Assembly: GCA_951406725.2 (NCBI GenBank)
Contig: OX597826.1
Coordinates: 37,510,001 to 37,574,000 of the forward strand
Direction of reading: 5' to 3'
From: Octopus vulgaris
Taxonomy: Eukaryota
DNA length: 64,000 bases
Shown: positions 13,124 to 24,900 of the stretch, piece by piece
Numbering within the stretch: position 1 is the first letter of the stretch
How the letters are laid out: every line of letters starts with the position of its first letter
Notes under the pieces: model-generated
What the model saw: the letters and a program-made list of their open reading frames with translations, nothing else
Told to the model about the DNA's origin: nothing
Database searches by the model: none
Program-made: the position numbers and the translations under genes

Positions 13124-15849
13124 ATGCTGCACCTATTATCATTATTGTTCTGGTTTACATTATTTTATTATTATTTACTCTTCACTGTCGATAATCTGTT
13201 CTTTGAGACAATTCCTGTTACTGCATTATGGTTTGTCTCCAATAACAACTTTAAATGTATTCTATAGGTTTTTAGACAAATGAGTTGTTTGTAACTTCGA
13301 GGTTTACTTCAATATTTGTTTTCCTTTCTAAAATCACCGAGAGGAACCTAAAAAAAACAATGCATAAGTTAAAGCAATGGAGAAGCTGTAACTAAAAGCA
13401 AAAAACGTTCCACTTTTTTAACAAGTCGTCCTCCTTTATTTTGGGATTTTATATTACGGGAAGGACGCACCCGAACACTTGCACTGGTTGATTTTTGTGT
13501 AGAAATAGTTAACGGTATTTAAAGATGGTTAAGATTTTCAGTCAGGAGGAGGAATTGGAGGGTTAAGGGAAAGGTGGACGTTTTTGACAAAAGCAATTAC
13601 ATTTTTAAGAAGAACAAAAATATTATGAGGTGAGAGAAAAAGTGCTCACAAATTTGCCTGCACTCAATGTTTGATTAGCAACTATTGTAGTGCATCTTTT
13701 AGACTGATAACTTTCTCAGAATGCAATAGCTGAATTCGTTATCTTCGCTTTTTTCCTGCTGTTTCTTGCATTCCTTTTTTTCCGTTTTTGTCTTCTCGAG
13801 TGAAAGATAATATATTATCTTGATTAGTCACCTCTATATCAATCAAGATTCAGGCTATATGACTTTCACAAACAAGATCTTAGCTCACCTGTGCTAGAAA
13901 ATATGGCTGGAAAAAATTGGGATATGATGCAAAAATGGTTAGGAAGTGTAGTCGCTAGAAATACGATGTGAGACAAGGATTAGAAAAATGTGAAGTGAAA
14001 GAAAGATTAGATAAATGTGGACTGAAAGACAGTCTTTAAAAAGAATTTTTTTTAATTTTAACGGTTCGAAAAATATAAAGTATAATAACAAATAGTTCTT
14101 GTTTTCGGAATAGTAGATCTCGAAGTACATAAAACTTTAAATAATAGCATGTGAATAATATTAGTCTGAAAAATTATTCTGGATAGAAAAAAGTAAAGGC
14201 TGTCCGTAAGACCTCAAAAGTTTTTAACCTTTTATGATGTCAGCAATGGTAAATGTTTATTGTTTGTATATTTGTTGTTTCCTTCCATTTTCTACTTCGA
14301 TACAATCCAAAATAATCCCCCCTTATATTCTTCACATTGTTGTTGTTGTTGTTAATATTTAGTCTTATATCAGACATGATCGAACTGACGTTCCACCAAT
14401 GACTGCACCCTCTTCTATTTATATGAAGAACTATTTCAGCCAACGTCTTTTTTAAGACAATAATTTGAGGATGGTGTAGTTGCTATTTCTAGTAGTTTTA
14501 GCAAAAAACTGTTGGTTATCCCGTTGGTTCGACTTATAAGTAAAATTCAGTTTATTTAAAAAGGAATAAGAAACCTTTGACACATAAATCACTGAGATCG
14601 ATAAAATAAAAACTGTGTAAGATGTTACTTGAAATATCTTTAAAATATTTTCATAACAAAATAATAAATGTATATAATGTGTATATAAATAATAAATGTA
14701 TACAGTGTGTATATCGCTGTGTGTAGAGTTTCTAGAAAAGTAGCTAGGATTTTTACCAACCTTCTAATATCATTCATACTGAATCATATTGTACTATATT
14801 TGATCTTGCAATCATTAGAGAGAAGGAGGTCATTGATTGGTAGTGTTTTGTTTTGTTATAGCTATCAGATTTAAGACCATACTAGAGCACGATCGTGGGG
14901 ATATATCAGAATACACTTACTGGTTAAACAATGTTTTGCTATTTTAAACTCTGGCTTGTGATATCTCGATACAATATTCAATATCACATTTTACTTAGTA
15001 AACTGTGCTTAAATAATCGTTCGATCCATTTGGTTAAATACAATCAAATTTCTTTCCGATTGCACATCATCTTCTTAAAAATAATAATGCATATCAGATA
15101 AGTTACTCGTAACTTTACAATGACTGAAGAAATGTTTCCGTCATGGTTGGAGCGGATTTGATATAAATTCACGTGGATATCGATTCCCTACATAATCACA
15201 AGATTAGTTATCTGCAGGAAAGTAGCAATCAATAATACTGAACTCAATGAACTCATTTTATCGATTTAGGAAGGATAAAAGTCAAAGACGTAATCGATGA
15301 CTAAATATGGCGCGCCCTTTCTTCCGTCACGCTAGCGATTTTGCCAACTTTAAGCCACCCAAAAATACAGCGCGGGACTATTGTTATATACGAATGATTT
15401 AATTGAATTTGTACTATGGTAGAGTTATCTTGGCAATTTAAACGCACACGAACTTCTCTGGGTCAATGAAAGAACCCCAATACGGTCATTAAACCTATAA
15501 GAACTTGCAACCAAATCTCTGTCAACATCCTTTGTAAAGTTGGACACATTGTATAATATACCCATGCAATATATGAACAGACGTGATGGTCATAACTGGA
15601 ATATGTTTGGTCATAGGTCTCTTGAATTGTGTTTAACTCAGTATTGTATGAAAACAACAACAGCAAAACAGGAGCAAGCAGTTATACATTTCCTTTTATC
15701 CTATCGCGATATGTGTCCTTGCTGTACACTTTAAGCAATTGTAACTAAGGTGCGACATATGATGAAACAATTTCGAATATCTGCTGATCCTGAAAATAGA
15801 AGTAATTCTTTTCTTAGCTCGTTCTTACATTCTTTTTCCAGGGAAACCT

Positions 15850-16460
15850 CGAGTTCCTGCTTTCCTCCTTGTGTTGGTTGCTGGTCAGTGATTTTTACCT
15901 TTACATGTTTTTAATATGACTTTTCTGGGAACTGACCTTTCTTTCAATACCGATATGCTGGTTTCCATAACACTAGTTGCTTAACTGAAAGCTCAGAGTG
16001 TCTCTATTTGTGACAAACCAGCCTCAGTCATCTAAAATCTCTTCACGCATTCGTCTATGAACATTTTGATACAGATTCCCATTGGTAAGGCGTTTCTTCT
16101 ACTTGAAGGTAAGAACATCATGCAGTATTCTGTGGTAGCGTGCAGTCAGTGGCCTCAACAGTGTAGACTACAGTATCCAGCATTCACAGTCACATTAGGG
16201 AACAAACTCTACAGTCGACAAAAAGAAATGGATTTTAGTATGTCAAGGGTCTTGGAATTAAATACAGTGGGCATGCTTTACAAACACTTTCAAGCAAGTG
16301 CATATCTCATTTTCAGGATCTTCTCTGACGAGTTAATTCATGTCTTCCTTCAGAACACTTTGACTTTCTTGTTATCGGAGATGCATCATCCAGCTTATAC
16401 ATTTAAGGGACAATTCACCAGTTTATTGTCACTCATTATAGATGTGCTTTCCCTGTGAAT
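15850..16460 (-). mobile_element. RTE/RTEX-clade LINE ORF2 C-terminal fragment, decayed
   Basis: KIHFFLSTVEFVP*CDCECWIL..ARYHRILHDVLTFK*KKRLTNGNLYQN..LRLVCHK*RHSELSVKQLVLWKP matches LKI.FF.ATVESVLLYGCE.W..YTRMLR..TN..LY..RLRLAGHC.RH.E..LVLW.P. Confidence 0.7.
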
Positions 16461-16869
16461 CTGTGTGAGTAACCATTAACATCAAGGTCGTTTTATTTTC
16501 TTCTTTAATAAATAGGAGAACGGAACTTATATACTAATAACGCCGACTACATATACAGCACGATCATTTCCGTGAAGCAGAGGTTTTCTTTATACAAGGA
16601 GATTTCATTTTAAAATCATCATTACATACTGACTGCTGTCTCTGCTTTCTTTACTCACATAGTCTATTCATATATTTTATTAAACAACATAAAAATTAAT
16701 TCTATTTATGAATTCGAAATGAACAATTAAATTACACCATCTAGAAAATTACATATAATAAAAATATTAAAATTAAAATAACAATAAAATATCAATGATT
16801 AAGTAAATTGCAAAAAAAATAATAAAAACGTATATAATTGGTAGAATAACACATATGCACATATGTATG

Positions 16870-16921
<52 letters not shown>

Positions 16922-17015
16922 CCACAGTAAGCACACAAATGCGAAACAAGTTGGAAAAATAGTACTCGAATACCAGTGTTAGAGTATGTTCTATTGAAAA
17001 GCAGCAAAAATATCA

Positions 17016-17065
17016 CAAAAACTGTTACTCAGAGCTTCACATTCCCGCTCGTCGGACAGTTTTTG
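17016..17065 (-). ncRNA. Minimal type I hammerhead ribozyme motif, degenerate
   Basis: Minus: CAAAAACTGT-CCGACGA-GCG GGAA TGT-GAAG-CTC T GAG-TA-ACAGTTTTTG; 10-bp stem I; U4C and A15.1G deviations. Confidence 0.7.
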
Positions 17066-17089
17066 CAGCTTTTCAATAAACTATATATA

Positions 17090-17235
17090 TACAGTTTCCG
17101 GTTAATAAATTCAATCCAAAGGCGTTGAACGAGTTATAGTTGAAAACACTTGCTCAAGTTATTGGTCTGTGGAACTGACCCTGAAAATACGTATTTGCGA
17201 CACAAACCTGTTACCCATAATCATACCTTTGCTTA
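17090..17235 (-). mobile_element. SINE family A 5' half, old copy
   Basis: CAGTTTCCG..TATAG..GAAAACACTTGCTCAAG..GTGGAACTGACCC similar to 60815-60960. Confidence 0.6.
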
Positions 17236-17829
17236 TAATATCCATGTTGTGCATATTTTCTATTCATATTTACAATTCATTAACAGCTGAAAGCTGAAAG
17301 AATTTAGTAAGCGATAAAAATCTTTCAGGGTTTCGTTGAATTTCTAAATATGAATGAAGAATCTTATGTAAGATTCCTCTATAATTAGGTATGAGTCATC
17401 ATAATTATAACTTATTTCTTTATTTTGCTACATTTTATAAACCAAGAGTGACCACCCACAGTTTTTTAAAATAGCGAAGGAAAAATGTTATATTAATTCG
17501 TTTGTAGCAGGAGACCAACTGTTTTTAATGTCTGCTATTTATGATAAATAATATTTTTAATAATACATTGGGTTTGAAATATCATGACAATATTATGGCA
17601 TGTAATTGTTAACAGCAACAAAGCTGTATGAATATAAATTGTATCTAAGAGTATGGAATAATTTAATGATAATAATTCACAATATGGTAATGTATAAGAT
17701 CATTTAAAACCCATTTAACGATATCAGTGTTCCATTAATGAGCTGTGTCATGTACTTCTGGTTGTAAGCTTCAATATAATGAAGTGAGATACTTTATCAC
17801 TTTTGCATTGTATATTGTAAATTACTGCT

Positions 17830-18060
17830 GCAGGCTGGCAAGTTGGAGTGGCAGAACCGTTAGCACGTCAAACATAATGACTTGTGGTGTTTCTTCCTAC
17901 TCTTTACGTTCTGATTTCACATCTTGCCTGAGTGAATTTTTGTTTTCCGTCTTCCGAAGGGTAACATAAAAAAGCAGACGGCTACTAAGGTTGTAACAAT
18001 CGACTGTCACCTTCGCCTCCAAAAATAATGGTCTTGCGTCTAAATAAGAAAACATTATTT
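17830..18060 (+). mobile_element. SINE family B (tRNA-derived), old copy
   Basis: TGGCAGAACCGTTAGCACG..TTTACGTTCTGA.TTCA head shared with 33123 and 38645. Confidence 0.7.
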
Positions 18061-18299
18061 CTTAATATTCTGTTTGATAAAAGAAATACTATTGTAATTT
18101 ATTGACTTGTTTGTCGAGCACTTCCTGTAAATAAAGGACTTATATTTGCAAAGGAAAATATGCCAGTTGCTTCTGAGTGATGCAAGCACGAAGATAACTT
18201 CTAACTGATACCTAGGAAATTATGACTAAATCTCCGTTTAGTTTTGTGAGTTCTTTAAGGCTAAATAATTCTTCTTTGGGGTAAATTTAGGAGTTACAA

Positions 18300-18670
18300 C
18301 AAACAATGTTGAGATGAAGTCAGTGAACAAACTATTGTAGCTCTTAAATATATTTAGTGTTTTCACAGTGGAATGGCTAATGTTTTAGTGTAATAGTCTT
18401 CAAGTTTCCAGTTGCTAACTCCTATTGGACCACTTCAATATAATTGATAGAATTAGTAGGCAGTGCATCTTCACTATGATGGGCGGGGCATTTAAAATGA
18501 ATCCATCCCACTAGATGTTTCATGAAAATGGCTGTTTGATTGCCACATTTTTCTCTGTTTCTGGTGGAACCTCACTTTAGTGGCATTAATTATATTATTT
18601 ATATTCATTAGCAGCGAGTCAAAACAATGGAATGGGGAGCTTAGAATTCCACAGAAGAATTATTTCCTAC
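18300..18670 (-). mobile_element. Possible decayed pogo/Tigger transposase fragment
   Basis: KLP..AANEY then NAPAHHSEDAL..IEVV resembles LPV.W.AN..AW ... DNAPAH; many frameshifts. Confidence 0.3.
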
Positions 18671-18849
18671 ACTTCACCCAAAGAAACAGATCGATAATTG
18701 GCAAGCGGTGTATTTTGCTCGTATTTTTGTTTTGATTGCTTTCCTCTACAAATGAAGGACCATCAGTAATTCAATTTATAAAAGTTATATACGACTATTT
18801 ATTCCAAACCTCCTCTTATATTTTCCCTTCATCTCTTTTACTTCTTCAT

Positions 18850-18887
<38 letters not shown>

Positions 18888-18906
18888 AATTATTATTATT
18901 ATTATT

Positions 18907-18998
<92 letters not shown>

Positions 18999-19008
18999 CA
19001 TTATCATT
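18850..19008. repeat. (ATT)n/(ATC)n microsatellite
   Basis: Read directly. Confidence 0.95.
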
Positions 19009-21057
19009 GTAGTTGATACTGTTGTTGCTGATTTTATTGTTATTCATATTTTCGTCATTCTTGTAATCTTTTTCTCAATCTTTCCATATTTCTATTTGTT
19101 CGTTGCTCTTCTTTAAATTACTCTCCTTCCTCTGAATTTTATTTTCTTTAATATTTCCTTATTTCTTCGCTTACGCCTTCCTCCTATTTTTTCTCATTCC
19201 ATCTCTTTCCTTTTCTATTTCTTTCTGAATCTTTAAATTTCTTGCACACCGCTATTTTTTTTTTTTTTTTGCCTTTTCACTTTCTTCTTCAAACACATTT
19301 TTTCTTTTCTACTTTTATGTATATGTTTACTTCTGTTGACTCCTCTTTATGTTTTCAAATTATATTTTTTCTCCTATCTTTCTCCTTACAAAATTTTGTA
19401 GAACTACTTCTTCGGTTATTCACCTCCTCCCCTACCACCAGCTCCTCCTCCTCTTCCCCCATTACTTCTTTTATTCTCCTTCTGTTGTGTGAGTGATAAA
19501 GCCACACATTCGCTGATGCAGAAATCAACAGCAAAAAATAACTAAACATATTCTTCATCTAAGCAGAAATTTTCGCTTTAATGCATAGAAATGTACGTAT
19601 ATGTTTGATACAATTCATTCCCTACCCCTCCTTTCACTCTTATTTACTTATTTCCTTATCTCTACCGCTCCTCCTCCGCCATTCTTTTTCGCTCTTTTAC
19701 CATACATACATACACACACACACATATATATATATATATGTATAATGTATATATGAGTGCATGTGTGCGTGTATGTATATTTACATACGTGTATATGTAT
19801 ATATGTTATATAAATATATATACATACATACATATCTTTTCTGGATATCCGCCACTTTTCACCTCTCATCTGGCAATCGTGAAGCTCACACAACAATATC
19901 CATAAATATGCTTCATGCTCAACAATATACAGTCACTCATACATAAGATACTGAAGTAGGCACTTGGTACTTACAAGAGATTGTATTGGATCTTCACCGG
20001 TGAAAAATACAACTCCTTATTCACAATCCTTTGGTTAACAAATCTTTTCACAAATTTCCATTGAAATATCGAGTCTTTATGAAAGCGTAGCAAAGTGTCT
20101 TTGCAAATTCATACGAAAAAATATTCATAAACGAACGTATATCTTCAGACACACATGCAAATATATCTTCGTGCATATGTATATACATGTGTGTGAGTGT
20201 GTGTGTGTGTGGGTGTGTGTGCGTGTGTGTGCCTGTGTATGTGCGTGTGTATGTGAGTGTGTGTATTTGAGTGCTTAGTTACATTTAAGCCAATCCGATA
20301 GCTTGTTACTTTATAGTCTACAAGGCGAGCAACTCATTCAGAGAAGAAAAAACTGACATCACGTTTTTTGTCTGTTGTGGAAAAGTTACAGTAACAGATA
20401 ATAGCTACTGCGCTCTTATGTTTATATTGAGTAATATCTCTCCATATGCATATCAATGTCCTATATTCATACACTCCCCCACACACACACACATGGGCAC
20501 GCACATGCACACTTATATACTATGTTTAATTCCATGGATCACAGTGTTTAAATATTCTTAGATATAATTATGCTCTCGGTGTTATTCGCTCTAACCCATA
20601 CGTTGTGCTACGGGTGGGTGTCGTACCTCCGCGTTATCCGGAGGATCTTCCCTCTCGCAGCTTTAGGGTCGTTCTGTGGGCAACTATTGTTTCCCACCTT
20701 CTTTCTTTTTAGCACACTGTGCTAACGATGCTCCTCACTGAAATGTGTTCTTGTTATATCTAATAATGTCTTAATATGTATATACACATATATATATGTG
20801 TGTGTGTGTGTGTGAATAAATATAAAATACATCAACCTTATATTGTCCGTTGAAAGCTCGAAAAAGGTAGTAATTAAGAGTCAACAACTGAGGAGGGGTT
20901 TGATTTCTTTTGGTAATTTGTGCCGTACCTATCTCACGTGTTCACATAATTTTCACTCGTTGATGATGTCCTGTACTTAATGTATTTTATATTTTTCACT
21001 TATAATCGAATGCCACGAAGCCTTGTCCGCGGTAAGTTTTTACCTTCATTTATATAC

Positions 21058-21094
<37 letters not shown>

Positions 21095-21096
<2 letters not shown>

Positions 21097-22830
21097 TGCA
21101 GTAGTGGCTGCATGGTAAGTACCTTGCTTACTGCACATGCGTTGGTTAGTTACTTCCACACTGAATGCTGTTAAGACATGCTTCGTAGCCGTCTTGAAGT
21201 GAAGAACCTTTGAAGTCGCGATTGTAGATTAGGCATCTGTTTCTTTTGGGATTTAGTGGGGTTTTGATGTTTGATATTGCTTTTCTTTTTCCAAATAAGA
21301 AATCTTCACTAGGTCCCGGACATTTGTCTGCATGCAGTCGCGCTAAGTGACTCACTTATTTGTAAGAATTGTTGTTTTGGAGGCGTATCTCACCTCCGAA
21401 AAATTATGACATTTTGGAAAATTCTACCAATTTGTGGAGTATTTTTTTGTGTTCCTGCTGCTGTGACCCTGGAGTACCTTTTTGGAGTAACTTTTTGGGG
21501 GGAATATCTGTTGGCCAGCATTACCGGGTGGCCAGAATTGTGTGACTTGAACTGTCTTCCTTCCTTCTTTTTCTCTGCTCTATCTTTCTCCTCTTATTTG
21601 TGTTTTTTGACTTTATTGTTACTTTTTGTTTGGAACTGTTATTGGTATTTTTTCTTCAAGCATGGCAAAGACGGTAATCACTGCGTTGGAGAGGGAGATT
21701 GTCGCATCCAAGCAGTCGATGAGAGAACGGTGGTGTTGAGGAGTTATTCTAAGTGACTCAACACCATTGCTGTCTTTCGTCAGGTGGGAATTGAAAAAGA
21801 GTTGGCAGAATATCCGCCAACTATTAAGTTTATTGCCAGGAGTGTTAAGTACGCAACAGTTTTGTTCCTATTTGAAACCCCTCAGGTGGCTCGTAGGTTT
21901 GCGAGCCAGCCCTTCGAAGGGAAAAATATTCTGTTTTTCCCACATACTGTGGGAAGAAATTAACAAGAGCTTGGGTCTGTGAGCTGCCAACTAGGATAGA
22001 ACCCGAGTGGAGAGAAGACACTATCCGCCGGGGCGTTGGTGGCAGCGAAGCCAAGCTCCTCATTGTTGAAATTTTGCCTGCTGCTGATTGGCTCGTGTCA
22101 AAACGGTTTTGACCCTGTGGACCTAATCAGCCAAGAATCTGGTTTTCCCAGATTTTTTGAGAATGGCCGGTACTAGATATCCGGTGATTCTTGAGGGACG
22201 TTAATAAAAGTAGCGCCCCCCGCTCCTCCATCGAAGAGGTGGAGACCTCGAAAAATGGAAAAAAGAAAGGTGGGAAACAATCGTTGCCCACCGAACGACC
22301 GTAAAGCTGCGTGAAGCAATGTCTTCGAGAATGCAACAATCGGCGGGCGTTGTTGCTTCTCCCAACAACCATTTCTTTCATTGCATCATCATGTCCTTGT
22401 CCAGCCCGCAGCTACTCCCTCTACGTACGGTTTTCATAGCCAATAAAATGAAATAAATTAGGTTGCTTACCAACCACATGGTTCCGGGTTCAGTCCCACT
22501 GCGTGGCACCTTGGGCAAGTGTCTTCTGCTATAGTCTCGGACCGACCAAAACCTTGTGAGTGTATTTGGTAGAAGGAAACTGAAAGAAGCCTGTCATATA
22601 TATGTATATATATATATGTATGTGTGTGTGTTTGTGTGTCTGTTTTTGTCCCCCCAACATCGCTTGACAACAGATGCTGGTGTGTTTACGTCCCCGTAAC
22701 TTAGCTGTTCGGCAAAAGAGACCAAAAGAATAAGTACTAGGCTTACAAAGAATAAGTCCTAAGTTCGATTTTTTCGACTAAAGGCGGTGCTCCAGCATGG
22801 CCACAGTCAAATGACTGAAACAAGTAAAAG
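21095..22830 (+). mobile_element. SINE family A full-length copy (21095-21131 plus 22463-22830), split by a 1.33-kb insertion
   Basis: A box TGGCTGCATGG at 21105, B box GGTTCAGTCCC at 22487, CORE-like ACCTTGGGCAAGTGTC, internal (TA)/(TG) tract, tail GGCGGTGCTCCAGCATGGCCACAGTCAAATGACTGAAACAAGTAAAAG. Confidence 0.9.
21132..22458 (+). mobile_element. ORF1-only (HAL1-like or internally deleted) L1/Tx1-family element with TSD
   Basis: TTGCTTAC duplicated at 21124-21131 and 22463-22470; decayed ORF1 from ATG 21662 (..VDERTVVLRSY..YATVLFLFETPQVARRF..CGKKLTRAWVCELP..FPDFLRMAGTRYPVILEGR); 3' end AATAAAATGAAATAAAT matches 39965-40020 on the minus strand. Confidence 0.75.
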
Positions 22831-22832
22831 CG

Positions 22833-22878
<46 letters not shown>

Positions 22879-23599
22879 AGTGTGTGTCTGATAAGATATT
22901 TTAATGCACTATCAATAAAACGTGGGGTATGAATAAATAACTAAATATATTTAAGGAGACATATTTTGTCTCGGTGTGTCTTGCATTTAAATTAATAAAT
23001 TCTGTCATTTTGTCTAGAGTTTTGTTGATGAGAATCTTTCCATTTTCGTGATTTATCTGATGTGCCTTTGGGGAAAACAAAATATATTCTATTTGACTCT
23101 TTTTTCTTTTTTTTTTTTTTTTTCATATAAAGCACACATCACACATACTCATATCTGTATACTCACACATGGCGTTTAACTAGGCTAGAAGTGAATTTAA
23201 TTGCTTTGAGATATTTCTCCCTGACAAAATATTGCAACCAGTTCTTTTTCACCTTTGTTTGCCAAATACACACAGGTTACTTAGCGTATGCTGATTATGT
23301 GAATGTTTATGTGTGTATGTGTGTGTGTGTGAGTGTGTGTGCAGAAAATGTTATTAAAAAAACCCAAATCTTGCGAAATGCAATCACTCGGGGGTTGCTG
23401 GCCGAAACATTAATTATTACGCCATTTTTCAAGCTGTGAACAAGGCCGTTTGTCAGTTGCTTTTTAAGTAGTGCACGTTTGAGCAAGGAACGCGAAGGAA
23501 GAAGATGAAAAGAAAACACATAGGAGATGACCAGCGTCACAACAGACAAGTGTCAAAATAACCTAAACAAAATATCAATGGTGTACGATTTATCCGGTG

Positions 23600-24000
23600 G
23601 CCTATTTTTAAATTCGCCAAGATGTATTTTTCAAAATATGGACATCTCATTCCTGGAATTTAGGTAGTTGTTGGAGGCTCACAAGGCTTTTAAGAGATAT
23701 AGTTTTTCAGCATATTCAACATTATTTGGACCCGTTAATATAGGGTCTAGTTTTGGAAAAGATTTTCCATTCGATTCCGTAGTTGGTTCCTTCATTTTTA
23801 AGTTTTCAGATTAATGCCAAAACGGTAACTGAATGTGTTTTGTCACGGTGCCTACAAATTGAAAGATAGTCGGTATATCGGTATTTAAATGTTCCTTCTA
23901 TGACTCCGATATAACGTTTGACTGCTGTTCGACCGTTGCCGTAGTTTGCTGATAGCTGTGCTTCAGAGACAACAAAGCCCCAGGAGAATATACATCGTTC
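23600..24000 (-). mobile_element. Penelope-like GIY-YIG endonuclease fragment (Naiad-like), pseudogenised
   Basis: VVSEAQL..KRYIGVIEGTFKYRYTDY..LI*KLKNEGTNYGIEWKIFSKTRPYINGSK*C*IC..EKLY..YLNSRNE matches the VVY..YIG.TE..FK.RY..IW.LK..I.W.I..C.LC..EK..LN.R.E pattern. Confidence 0.8.
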
Positions 24001-24113
24001 AGAGATTTATTATTGCTTGTATACACTTTATCAAGATCAGTGACGAAAAGTTACTGGAAAAAGGATATAAATATTTGCATTGGGACTTCTTTCATCGTAA
24101 ACCGGTGATTGTC

Positions 24114-24156
24114 GTGCACTGATGAAGGGTCAATACCCAGGAACTGCAGTCCGTGC
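24114..24156 (+). ncRNA. Minimal type I hammerhead ribozyme motif
   Basis: GTGCA-CTGATGA-A-GGGT CAAT ACCC-A-GGAA-CTGCAG-TC-CGTGC; palindromic stem III ACTGCAGT; GGAA instead of GAAA; stem I offset. Confidence 0.7.
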
Positions 24157-24319
24157 GTATCACTTAGGTTGACGAGGGAAGGATGACCTCCCTTTGCAAA
24201 TACCGATAGGGCACAGAAAGTGTGCCTATAGCCAGCTGGAGGAGGTGTTCTCCTGGGGCTACAAGCTACAGTAACACCCCCCTTAGTGGTTAGCCATATT
24301 GAGATGGCAAATATACCTC

Positions 24320-24320
24320 T

Positions 24321-24387
<67 letters not shown>

Positions 24388-24518
24388 AATACATTCATAT
24401 ATATACACATATATAGGAGAAATAATTAAGATTCAGTTGAAACGGTCGTAATACACTGATACCTGGACATCCTTGTTATTTATTTGCTTTATACACACAC
24501 ACACACACATATATATAT

Positions 24519-24567
<49 letters not shown>

Positions 24568-24687
24568 TACTTGGAGAAATAAAGTGACGCGAGGCGTCCA
24601 ATCATATAATAACAATTTAACAAATAAAACATATGCTTACATACATACGTATATGTACATACCTACATCTATATGTATATATACATG

Positions 24688-24737
<50 letters not shown>
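24320..24737. repeat. (CA)n/(TA)n tracts with short interspersed repeat ends
   Basis: Read directly; AATTAAGATTCAGTTGAA at about 24424 recurs at about 55905. Confidence 0.8.
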
Positions 24738-24740
<3 letters not shown>

Positions 24741-24900
24741 TACAGGACACCACAAATCACGACGAGAAACGAAAACAAAAACAAACAAGGAAACGGACTT
24801 CTTTTAAACAACGAAAAAACAGAGTACAAGACAAACAATACAAGGAATATTTACCTTCATCAGCTATCACTGGTTCGACTCAATGTGTGTTTCGGAGGTA
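24738..24900 (-). mobile_element. Non-autonomous pLTR-like repeat end inserted in (TA)n
   Basis: Minus strand ends ..GTGTCCTGTACTC-(AT)n, like 20966-20978 on plus; contains CCGAAA..CTGATGAAGG. Confidence 0.55.

Noticed and set aside
23700-23815. In-frame TGA codons as selenocysteine in the Naiad-like ORF
   Set aside because: The TGAs fall at a Trp position or next to, not at, conserved Cys; a TAA and frameshifts are also present, and I see no SECIS. Ordinary decay explains them.
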